Of a stretch of 64,000 bases of DNA, positions 1-11,000 are shown in pieces. Position 1 is the stretch's first letter; each line of letters begins with the position of its first letter. A program made the translations under genes and the position numbers. The DNA comes from Eledone cirrhosa (taxonomy: Eukaryota), in assembly GCA_964016885.1 (NCBI GenBank), contig OZ024743.1, positions 135,284,001 to 135,348,000 on the forward strand. The letters run 5' to 3'. The notes under the pieces were generated by a model. It was not told the DNA's origin, did no database searches, and saw only the letters and a list, made by a program, of their open reading frames with translations.

Positions 1-139
1 CTTGGTGTTTGGTGCTTGGTGCTTGGTGCTTGGTGTTTGGTGATTGGTGCTTGGTGCTTGGTGTTTGGTGCTTGGTGCTTGGTGTTTGGTGCTTGGTGTT
101 ATGTGCTTGGTGTTTGGTGCTTGGTGCTTGGTGCTTGGT

Positions 140-3100
140 GTTAGGTGTTTGGAGCTTGGTGCTTGGTGTTTGATGTTTGGTCCTTGGTGCTTGGTGTTTG
201 GTGCTTGGTGCTTGGTGTTTGGTGTTTGGTGCTTGCTGCTTGCTGCTTGGTGTTTGGTGCTTGGTGATTGGTACTTGGTGTTTGGTGCTTGGTGCTTGGT
301 GTTTGGTGTTTGGTGCTAGGTGCTTGGTGCTTGGTGCTTGGTGTTTGGTGCTTGGTGCTTGGTGTTTGGTGTTTGGTGCTTGGTGCTTGGGGCTTGGTGT
401 TTGGTGCTTAGTGCTTGGTGCTTGGTGTTTGGTGCTTGGTGCTTGGTGTTTGGTGTTTGGTGCTAGGTGCTTGGTGCTTGGTGTTTGGTGTTTGGTGCTT
501 GGTGTTTGGTGCTTGGTGCTTGGTGCTTGGTGCTTATTGTTTGGTGCTTAGTACTTGGTGCTTCGTGCTTGGTCTTTGGTGCTTGGTGTTTGGTGTTTGG
601 TGCTTGGTGCTTGGTGTTTGGTGCTTGGTGCTTGGTGCTTGGTGTTTGGTGCTTGGTGCTTGGTGCTTGGTGATTAGTGTTTGGTGCCTGGTGCTTGGTG
701 CCTGGTGCTTGGTGCTTGGTGCTTGTTGTTTGGTGCTTGGTGCTTGGTGATTAGTGTTTGGTGCTTGGTGCTTGAGGTTTGGTGTTTGGTGCTTGGGGTT
801 TGGTGTTTGGTGCTGGGTGCTTTGTGTTTGGTGCTTGGTATTTGGTGCTTGGTGCTTGGTGTTCGGTGCTTGGTGCCTGGTGCTTGGTGTTTGGTGCTTG
901 GTGCTTGGTGTTAGGTGATTGGTGCTTGGTGCTTGGTGCTTGGTGCTTGGTGTTAGGCGTTTGGTGCTTGGTGCTTGGTGTTTGATGTTTGGTCCTTGGT
1001 GCTTGGTGTTTGGTATTTGGTGCTTGGTGCTTGGTGTTTGGTGTTTGGTGCTTGGTGCTTGGTGTTTTGTGCTTTTTGCTTGGTGTTTGGTGTTTGGTGC
1101 TAGGGTCTTGGTGCTTGGTGCTTGGTGTTTGGTGCTTGGTGCTTGGTGTTTGGTGTTTGGTGCTTGGTGCGTGGGGCTTGGTGTTTGGTGCTTGGTGTTT
1201 GGTGCTTGGTGTTTGGTGCTTGCTGTTTGGTGCTTGGTGCTTGGTGTTTGGTGTTTGGTGTTTGGTGCTTGGTGCTTGGTGTTTGGTGCTTGGTGCTTGG
1301 TGCTTGGTGCTTGGTGCTTGGTGTTTGGTGCTTGGTGCTTGGTGATTAGCGTTTGGTGATTGGTGCTTGGGGTTTGGTGTTTGGTACTTGGTGTTTGGTG
1401 CTTGGTGCTTGCTGTTTGGTGTTTGGTGTTTGGTTCTTGGTGCTTGGTGTTTGGTGTTTGGTGTTTGGTGCTTGGTGCTTGGTGCTTGGTGTTTGGTGCT
1501 TGGTGCTTGGTGCTTGGTGTTTGGTGCTGCGTGCTTGGTGTTTGGTGTTTGGTGCTTGGTGCCTGCTGCTTGTTGTTTGGTGTTTGGTGCTAAGTGCTTG
1601 GTGTTTGGTGTTTGGTGCTTGGTGCTTGGTGGCTGGTGTTTGGTGCTTGGTGTTTGGTGTTTGGTGCTTGGTGCTTGGTGCCTGGTGTTTCGTGCTTGGT
1701 GCTTGGTGCTTGGTGTTTGGTGTTTGGTGCTTGGTGGTTGGTGTTTGGTACTTGGTGCTTGGTGTTTGGTGCTTGGTGCTTGGTGCTTTGTGTTTGATGC
1801 TGCGTGCTTGGTGTTTGGTGTTTGGTGTTTTGTGCTTGGTGCCTGGTGCTTGTTGTTTGGTGTTTGCTGCTTGGTGCTTGGTGTTTCGTGTTTGGTGCTT
1901 GGTGCTTGGTATCTGGTGTTTGGTGCTTGGTGTTTGGAGTTTGGTGCTTGGTGCTTGGTGCTTGGTGTTTGGTGTTTGGTGCTTGGTGCTTGGTGTTTGG
2001 TGCTTGGTGTTTGGTGTTTGGTGTTTGATGCTTGGTGTTTGCTGCTTGGTGCTTGGTGCTTGGTGTTTTGTGTTTGGTGCTGGGTGCTTGGTGCCTGGTG
2101 CTTGGTGCTTGGTGCTTGTTGTTTGGTGCTTGGTGCTTGGTGATTAGTGTTTGGTGCTTGGTGCTTGCGGTTTGGTGTTTCGTGCTTGGAGTTTGGTGTT
2201 TGGTGCTTGGTGCTTGGTGTTTGGTGCTTGGTGCTTGGTGTTTGGTGCTTGGTGCCTGGTGCTTGGTGTTTGCTGCTTGGTGCTTGGTGTTTGGTGCTTA
2301 TTGTTTGGTGCTTGGTGCTTGGTGCTTGGTGCTTGGTGTTAGGTGTTTGGTGCTTGGTGCTTGGTGTTTGATGTTTGGTCCTTGGTGCTTGGTGTTTGGT
2401 GCTTGGTGCTTGGTGTTTGGTGTTTGGTGCTTGCTGCTTGCTGCTTGGTGTTTGGTGCTTGGTGATTGGTACTTGGTGTTTGGTGCTTGGTGCTTGGTGT
2501 TTGGTGTTTGGTGCTAGGTGCTTGGTGCTTGGTGCTTGGTGTTTGGTGCTTGGTGCTTGGTGTTTGGTGTTTGGTGCTTGGTGCTTGGGGCTTGGTGTTT
2601 GGTGCTTAGTGCTTGGTGCTTGGTGTTTGGTGCTTGGTGCTTGGTGTTTGGTGTTTGGTGCTAGGTGCTTGGTGCTTGGTGTTTGGTGTTTGGTGCTTGG
2701 TGTTTGGTGCTTGGTGCTTGGTGCTTGGTGCTTATTGTTTGGTGCTTGGTACTTGGTGCTTGGTGCTTGGTCTTTGGTGCTTGGTGTTTGGTGTTTGGTG
2801 CTTGGTGCTTGGTGTTTGGTGCTTGGTGCTTGGTGCTTGGTGTTTGGTGCTTGGTGCTTGGTGCTTGGTGATTAGTGTTTGGTGCCTGGTGCTTGGTGCC
2901 TGGTGCTTGGTGCTTGGTGCTTGTTGTTTGGTGCTTGGTGCTTGGTGATTAGTGTTTGGTGCTTGGTGCTTGAGGTTTGGTGTTTGGTGCTTGGGGTTTG
3001 GTGTTTGGTGCTGGGTGCTTTGTGTTTGGTGCTTGGTATTTGGTGCTTGGTGCTTGGTGTTCGGTGCTTGGTGCCTGGTGCTTGGTGTTTGGTGCTTGGT

Positions 3101-3800
3101 GCTTGGTGTTAGGTGATTGGTGCTTGGTGCTTGGTGCTTGGTGCTTGGTGTTAGGCGTTTGGTGCTTGGTGCTTGGTGTTTGATGTTTGGTCCTTGGTGC
3201 TTGGTGTTTGGTATTTGGTGCTTGGTGCTTGGTGTTTGGTGTTTGGTGCTTGGTGCTTGGTGTTTTGTGCTTTTTGCTTGGTGTTTGGTGTTTGGTGCTA
3301 GGGTCTTGGTGCTTGGTGCTTGGTGTTTGGTGCTTGGTGCTTGGTGTTTGGTGTTTGGTGCTTGGTGTGTGGGGCTTGGTGTTTGGTGCTTGGTGTTTGG
3401 TGCTTGGTGTTTGGTGCTTGCTGTTTGGTGCTTGGTGCTTGGTGTTTGGTGTTTGGTGTTTGGTGCTTGGTGCTTGGTGTTTGGTGCTTGGTGCTTGGTG
3501 CTTGGTGCTTGGTGCTTGGTGTTTGGTGCTTGGTGCTTGGTGATTAGCGTTTGGTGATTGGTGCTTGGGGTTTGGTGTTTGGTACTTGGTGTTTGGTGCT
3601 TGGTGCTTGCTGTTTGGTGTTTGGTGTTTGGTTCTTGGTGCTTGGTGTTTGGTGTTTGGTGTTTGGTGCTTGGTGCTTGGTGCTTGGTGTTTGGTGCTTG
3701 GTGCTTGGTGCTTGGTGTTTGGTGCTGCGTGCTTGGTGTTTGGTGTTTGGTGCTTGGTGCCTGCTGCTTGTTGTTTGGTGTTTGGTGCTAAGTGCTTGGT
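140..3800 (+). repeat. Higher-order repeat, period 2198 bp (314 heptamers)
   Basis: Matching variant strings and ORF-track entries recur at +2198: 177/2375, 415/2613, 681/2879, 919/3117, 1353/3551, and again 4627/6825. Confidence 0.92.
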
Positions 3801-6800
3801 GTTTGGTGTTTGGTGCTTGGTGCCTGCTGCTTGTTGTTTGGTGTTTGGTACTTGGTGCTTGGTGTTTGGTGCTTGGTGCTTGGTGCTTTGTGTTTGATGC
3901 TGCGTGCTTGGTGTTTGGTGTTTGGTGCTTGGTGCTTGGTGTTTGGTGTTTCGTGCTTGGTGCCTGGTGCTTGTTGTTTGGTGTTTGCTGCTTGGTGCTT
4001 GGTGTTTCGTGTTTGGTGCTTTGTGCTTGGTATCTGGTGTTTGGTGCTTGGTGTTTGGAGTTTGGTGCTTGGTGCTTGGTGCTTGGTGTTTGGTGTTTGG
4101 TGCTTGGTGCTTGGTGTTTGGTGCTTGGTGTTTGGTGTTTGGTGTTTGATGCTTGGTGTTTGCTGCTTGGTGCTTGGTGCTTGGTGTTGTGTTTGGTGCT
4201 GGGTGCTTGGTGCCTGGTGCTTGGTGCTTGGTGCTTGTTGTTTGGTGCTTGGTGCTTGGTGATTAGTGTTTGGTGCTTGGTGCTTGCGGTTTGGTGTTTC
4301 GTGCTTGGAGTTTGGTGTTTGGTGCTTGGTGCTTGGTGTTTTGTGCTTTTTGCTTGGTGTTTGGTGTTTGGTGCTAGGGTCTTGGTGCTTGGTGCTTGGT
4401 GTTTGGTGCTTGGTGCTTGGTGTTTGGTGTTTGGTGCTTGGTGCGTGGGGCTTGGTGTTTGGTGCTTGGTGTTTGGTGCTTGGTGTTTGGTGCTTGCTGT
4501 TTGGTGCTTGGTGCTTGGTGTTTGGTGTTTGGTGTTTGGTGCTTGGTGCTTGGTGTTTGGTGCTTGGTGCTTGGTGCTTGGTGCTTGGTGCTTGGTGTTT
4601 GGTGCTTGGTGCTTGGTGATTAGCGTTTGGTGATTGGTGCTTGGGGTTTGGTGTTTGGTACTTGGTGTTTGGTGCTTGGTGCTTGCTGTTTGGTGTTTGG
4701 TGTTTGGTTCTTGGTGCTTGGTGTTTGGTGTTTGGTGTTTGGTGCTTGGTGCTTGGTGCTTGGTGTTTGGTGCTTGGTGCTTGGTGCTTGGTGTTTGGTG
4801 CTGCGTGCTTGGTGTTTGGTGTTTGGTGCTTGGTGCCTGCTGCTTGTTGTTTGGTGTTAGGTGCTAAGTGCTTGGTGTTTGGTGTTTGGTGCTTGGTGCT
4901 TGGTGGCTGGTGTTTGGTGCTTGGTGTTTGGTGTTTGGTGCTTGGTGCTTGGTGCCTGGTGTTTCGTGCTTGGTGCTTGGTGCTTGGTGTTTGGTGTTTG
5001 GTGCTTGGTGGTTGGTGTTTGGTACTTGGTGCTTGGTGTTTGGTGCTTGGTGCTTGGTGCTTTGTGTTTGATGCTGCGTGCTTGGTGTTTGGTGTTTGGT
5101 GCTTGGTGCTTGGTGTTTGGTGTTTCGTGCTTGGTGCCTGGTGCTTGTTGTTTGGTGTTTGCTGCTTGGTGCTTGGTGTTTCGTGTTTGGTGCTTGGTGC
5201 TTGGTATCTGGTGTTTGGTGCTTGGTGTTTGGAGTTTGGTGCTTGGTGCTTGGTGCTTGGTGTTTGGTGTTTGGTGCTTGGTGCTTGGTGTTTGGTGCTT
5301 GGTGTTTGGTGTTTGGTGTTTGATGCTTGGTGTTTGCTGCTTGGTGCTTGGTGCTTGGTGTTTTGTGTTTGGTGCTGGGTGCTTGGTGCCTGGTGCTTGG
5401 TGCTTGGTGCTTGTTGTTTGGTGCTTGGTGCTTGGTGATTAGTGTTTGGTGCTTGGTGCTTGCGGTTTGGTGTTTCGTGCTTGGAGTTTGGTGTTTGGTG
5501 CTTGGTGCTTGGTGTTTGGTGCTTGGTGCCTGGTGCTTGGTGTTTGCTGCTTGGTGCTTGGTGTTTGGTGCTTATTGTTTGGTGCTTGGTGCTTGGTGCT
5601 TGGTGCTTGGTGTTAGGTGTTTGGTGCTTGGTGCTTGGTGTTTGATGTTTGGTCCTTGGTGCTTGGTGTTTGGTGCTTGGTGCTTGGTGTTTGGTGTTTG
5701 GTGCTTGCTGCTTGCTGCTTGGTGTTTGGTGCTTGGTGATTGGTACTTGGTGTTTGGTGCTTGGTGCTTGGTGTTTGGTGTTTGGTGCTAGGTGCTTGGT
5801 GCTTGGTGCTTGGTGTTTGGTGCTTGGTGCTTGGTGTTTGGTGTTTGGTGCTTGGTGCTTGGGGCTTGGTGTTTGGTGCTTAGTGCTTGGTGCTTGGTGT
5901 TTGGTGCTTGGTGCTTGGTGTTTGGTGTTTGGTCCTAGGTGCTTGGTGCTTGGTGTTTGGTGTTTGGTGCTTGGTGTTTGGTGCTTGGTGCTTGGTGCTT
6001 GGTGCTTATTGTTTGGTGCTTGGTACTTGGTGCTTGGTGCTTGGTCTTTGGTGCTTGGTGTTTGGTGTTTGGTGCTTGGTGCTTGGTGTTTGGTGCTTGG
6101 TGCTTGGTGCTTGGTGTTTGGTGCTTGGTGCTTGGTGCTTGGTGATTAGTGTTTGGTGCCTGGTGCTTGGTGCCTGGTGCTTGGTGCTTGGTGCTTGTTG
6201 TTTGGTGCTTGGTGCTTGGTGATTAGTGTTTGGTGCTTGGTGCTTGAGGTTTGGTGTTTGGTGCTTGGGGTTTGGTGTTTGGTGCTGGGTGCTTTGTGTT
6301 TGGTGCTTGGTATTTGGTGCTTGGTGCTTGGTGTTCGGTGCTTGGTGCCTGGTGCTTGGTGTTTGGTGCTTGGTGCTTGGTGTTAGGTGATTGGTGCTTG
6401 GTGCTTGGTGCTTGGTGCTTGGTGTTAGGCGTTTGGTGCTTGGTGCTTGGTGTTTGATGTTCGGTCCTTGGTGCTTGGTGTTTGGTATTTGGTGCTTGGT
6501 GCTTGGTGTTTGGTGTTTGGTGCTTGGTGCTTGGTGTTTTGTGCTTTTTGCTTGGTGTTTGGTGTTTGGTGCTAGGGTCTTGGTGCTTGGTGCTTGGTGT
6601 TTGGTGCTTGGTGCTTGGTGTTTGGTGTTTGGTGCTTGGTGTGTGGGGCTTGGTGTTTGGTGCTTGGTGTTTGGTGCTTGGTGTTTGGTGCTTGCTGTTT
6701 GGTGCTTGGTGCTTGGTGTTTGGTGTTTGGTGTTTGGTGCTTGGTGCTTGGTGTTTGGTGCTTGGTGCTTGGTGCTTGGTGCTTGGTGCTTGGTGTTTGG

Positions 6801-7700
6801 TGCTTGGTGCTTGGTGATTAGCGTTTGGTGATTGGTGCTTGGGGTTTGGTGTTTGGTACTTGGTGTTTGGTGCTTGGTGCTTGCTGTTTGGTGTTTGGTG
6901 TTTGGTTCTTGGTGCTTGGTGTTTGGTGTTTGGTGTTTGGTGCTTGGTGCTTGGTGCTTGGTGTTTGGTGCTTGGTGCTTGGTGCTTGGTGTTTGGTGCT
7001 GCGTGCTTGGTGTTTGGTGTTTGGTGCTTGGTGCCTGCTGCTTGTTGTTTGGTGTTTGGTGCTAAGTGCTTGGTGTTTGGTGTTTGGTGCTTGGTGCTTG
7101 GTGGCTGGTGTTTGGTGCTTGGTGTTTGGTGTTTGGTGCTTGGTGCTTGGTGCCTGGTGTTTCGTGCTTGGTGCTTGGTGCTTGGTGTTTGGTGTTTGGT
7201 GCTTGGTGGTTGGTGTTTGGTACTTGGTGCTTGGTGTTTGGTGCTTGGTGCTTGGTGCTTTGTGTTTGATGCTGCGTGCTTGGTGTTTGGTGTTTGGTGC
7301 TTGGTGCTTGGTGTTTGGTGTTTCGTGCTTGGTGCCTGGTGCTTGTTGTTTGGTGTTTGCTGCTTGGTGCTTGGTGTTTCGTGTTTGGTGCTTTGTGCTT
7401 GGTATCTGGTGTTTGGTGCTTGGTGTTTGGAGTTTGGTGCTTGGTGCTTGGTGCTTGGTGTTTGGTGTTTGGTGCTTGGTGCTTGGTGTTTGGTGCTTGG
7501 TGTTTGGTGTTTGGTGTTTGATGCTTGGTGTTTGCTGCTTGGTGCTTGGTGCTTGGTGTTTTGTGTTTGGTGCTGGGTGCTTGGTGCCTGGTGCTTGGTG
7601 CTTGGTGCTTGTTGTTTGGTGCTTGGTGCTTGGTGATTAGTGTTTGGTGCTTGGTGCTTGCGGTTTGGTGTTTCGTGCTTGGAGTTTGGTGTTTGGTGCT
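1055..7700 (+). repeat. Tandem duplication of about 3.27 kb overlaid on the 2198-bp unit
   Basis: Offset 3274 (468x7 minus 2): 1353/4627, 2375/5649, 2879/6153, 3117/6391, 3551/6825. The variant GTGTGTGGGGC is shared by ~3365 and ~6640, while ~1167 and ~4441 have GTGCGTGGGGC. Confidence 0.88.
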
Positions 7701-8029
7701 TGGTGCTTGGATTTTGGTGCTTGGTGCTTGGTGTTTGGTGCTTGGTGCCTGGTGCTTGGTGTTTGCTGCTTGGTGCTTGGTGTTTGGTGCTTATTGTTTG
7801 GTGCTTGGTGCTTGGTGCTTGGTGCTTGGTGTTAGGTGTTTGGTGCTTGGTGCTTGGTGTTTGATGTTTGGTGCTTGGTGTTTGGTGCTTGGTGCTTGGT
7901 TTTGGTGTTTGGTGCTTGCTGCTTGCTGCTTGGTGTTTGGTGCTTGGTGATTGGTGCTTGGTGTTTTGTGCTTGGTGCTTGGTGTTTGGTGTTTGGTGCT
8001 AGGGGCTTGGTGCTTGGTGCTCGGTGATT

Positions 8030-11000
8030 AGTGTTTGGTGCTTGGTGCTTCAGGTTTGGTGTTTGGTGCTTGTGGCTTGGTGTTTGGTGCTGGGTGCTTG
8101 GTGCTTGTTGTTTGGTGCTTGGTGCTCGGTGATTAGTGTTTGGTGCTTGGTGCTTGGGGTTTGGGGTTTGGTGCTTGTGGTTTGGTGTTTGGTGCTTGGT
8201 GCTTGGTGTTTGGTGCTTGGTGTTTGGTGCTTGGTGCTTTGTGTTTGGTGCTTGGTGCTTGGTGTTTGCTGCTTGGTGTTTGGTGCTTGGTGCTTGGTGT
8301 TTGGTGTTTGGTGCTTGGTGTTTGGTGTTTGGTGCTTGGTGCTTGGTACTTGGTGTTTGGTGTTTGGTGCTTGGTGCTTGGTGTTTGGTGTTTGGTGTTA
8401 GGTGTTTGGTGCTTGGTGCTTGGTGTTTGGTCCTTGGTGCTTGTTGCTTGGACTTTGGTGCTTGGGGTTTGGTGTTTGGTGCTTGGTGCTTGGTGTTTGG
8501 TGCTTGGTGCTTGGTGCTTGGTGCTTGGTGTTTGGTGCTTGCTGCTTGGTGCTTGGTGTTTGGTGCTTGGTGCTTGGTGATTAGTGTTTGGTGATTGGTG
8601 CTTCGGTTTTGGTGTTTGGTGCTTCGGGTTTGGTGCTTGGTGCTTGCTGTTTGGTGTTTGGTGTTTGGTTCTTGGTGCTTGGTGTTTGGTGTATGGTGTT
8701 TGGTGCTTGGTGCTTGGTGCTTGGTGTTTGGTGCTTGGTGCTTGGTGCTTGGTGTTTGGTGCTGCGTGCTTGGTGTTTGGTGTTTGGTGCTTGGTGCCTG
8801 GTGCTTGTTTGGTTTTTGGTGCTTAGTGCTTGGTGTTTGGTGTTTGGTGCTTGGTGCTTGGTGGCTGGTGTTTGGTGCTTGGTGTTTGGTGTTTGGTGCT
8901 TGGTGCTTCGTGCATGGTGTTTCGTGCTTGGTGCTTGGTGCTTGGTGCTTGGTGTTTGGTGTTTGGTGCTTGGTGTTTGGTGTTTGGTACTTGGTGCTTG
9001 GTGCTTGGTGCTTGGTGTTTGGTGCTTGGTGCTTGGTGTTTGATGCTGCGTGCTTGGTGTTTGGTGTTTGGTGCTTGGTGCCTGGTGCTTGTTGTTTGGT
9101 GTTTGGTGCTTAGTGCTTGGTGTTTGGTGTTTGGTGCTTAGTGTTTGGTGTTTGGTGCTTGGTGCTTGGTACTTGGTGTTTGGTGTTTGGTGCTTGGTGC
9201 TTGGTGTTTGGTGCTTGGTGTTTGGTGTTTGGTGTTTGATGCTTGGTGTTTGCTGCTTGGTGCCTGGTGTTTGGTTTTTGGTGCTTGGTGTTTGGTGCTT
9301 GGTGCTTGGTGTTAAGTGTTTGGGGCTTGGTGCTTGGTGCATGGTGCTTGGTGTTTGGTGCTTGGTGCCTGGTGCTTGGTGCTTGGTGCTTGGTGTTAAG
9401 TGTTTGGGGCTTGGTGCTTGGAGCATGGTGCTTGGTGTTTGCTGCTTGGTGCCTGGTGCTTGGTGTTTGGTGCTTGGTGCTTGGTGTTTGGTGTTTGGTG
9501 TTTGGTGCTTCGTGCTTGGTGTTTGGTGCTTGGTGTTTGGTGCTTGGTGTTGGGTGCTTGGTGCTTGGTGCTTGGTGCTTGGTGTTTGATGTTTGGTCCT
9601 TGGTGCTTGGTGTTTGGTGCTTGGTGCTTGGTGTTTGGTGTTTGGTGCTTGCTGCTTGCTGCTTGGTGTTTGGTGCTTGGTGATTGTTCCTTGGTGTTTG
9701 GTGCTTGGTGCTTGGTGTTTGGTGTTTGGTGCTAGGTGCTTGGTGCTTGGTGCTTGGTGCTTGGTGTTTGGTGCTTGGTGCTTGGTGTTTGGTGTTTGGT
9801 GCTTGGCGCTTGGAGCTTGGTGTTTGGTGCTTAGTGCTTGGTGCTTGGTGCTTGGTGTTTGGTGCTTAGTGCTTGGTGCTTGGTGTTGGTGTTTGGTGTT
9901 TGGTGCTTCGTGTTTGGTGCTTGGTGCTTGGTGCTGGGTGGTTGGTGTTTGGTGCTTGGTGTTTGGTGTTTGGTGCTTGGTGCTTGGTGTTTGGTGCTTG
10001 TTGCTTGGTGCTTGGTGATTATTGTTTGGTGCTTGGTTCTTGGTGCCTGGTGCTTGGTGCTTGGTGCTTGTTGTTTGGTGCTTGGTGCTCGGTGATTAGT
10101 GTTTGGTGCTTGGTGCTTGGGGTTTGGTGTTTGGTGCCTGTGGTTTGGTGTTTGGTGCTTGGTGCTTGGTGTTTGGTGCTTGGTGCTTGGTGTTAAGTGT
10201 TTGGGGCTTGGTGCTTGGTGCTTGGTGTTTGGTCCTTGGTGTTGGGTGCTTGGTACTTGGTGCTTGGTGCTTGGTGTTAGGTGTTTGGTGCTTGGTGCTT
10301 GGTGTTTGATGTTTGGTCCTTGGTGCTTGGTGTTTGGTGCTTGGTGCTTGGTGTTTGGTGTTTGGTGCTTGCTGCTTGCTGCTTGGTGTTTGGTGCTTGG
10401 TGATTGGTCCTTGGTGTTTGGTGCTTGGTGTTTGGTGTTTGGTGCTAGGTGCTTGGTGCTTGGTGCTTGGTGTTTGATGCTGCGTGATTGGTGTTTGGTG
10501 TTTGGTGCTTGGTGCCTGGTGCTTGTTGTTTGGTGTTTGGTGCTTGGTGCTTGGTGTTTGGTGTTTGGTGCTTGGTGTTTGGTGTTTGGTGCTTGGTGCT
10601 TGGTACTTGGTGTTTGGTGTTTGGTGCTTGGTGCTTGGTGTTTGGTGTTTGGTGTTAGGTGTTTGGTGCTTGGTGCTTGGTGTTTGATGTTTGGTCCTTG
10701 GTGCTTGGTGCCTGGTGCTTGTTGTTTGGTGTTTGGTGCTTGGTGCTTGGTGTTTGGTGTTTGGTGCTTGGTGTTTGGTGTTTGGTGCTTGGTGCTTGGT
10801 ACTTGGTGTTTGGTGTTTGGTGCTTGGTGCTTGGTGCTTGGTGCTTGGTGTTTGGTGTTTGGTGTTTGATGCTTGGTGTTTGCTGCTTGGTGCTTGGTGC
10901 TTGGTGTTTTGTGTTTGGTGCTTGGTGCTTGGTGCCTGGTGTTTGGTTTTTGGTGCTTGGTGTTTGGTGCTTGGTGCTTGGTGTTTGGTGTTTGGTGCTT

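Noticed and set aside
141-147. TTAGG/CTAGGG variants as canonical telomere repeats
   Set aside because: They are isolated single-base variants of the heptamer and never tandem. I saw no (TTAGG)n or (TTAGGG)n tract.
668-680. TGATTAG (TAATCA on the minus strand) as a homeodomain-binding regulatory site
   Set aside because: It is a short motif made by two adjacent variant units and spread by duplication. There is no gene context or evidence of function.
1626-1640. Chi-like sequence (GGTGGCTGGTG; also CCTGGTGG at ~40771)
   Set aside because: These do not match E. coli Chi GCTGGTGG exactly, similarity is expected from G/T composition, and nothing indicates a bacterial context.
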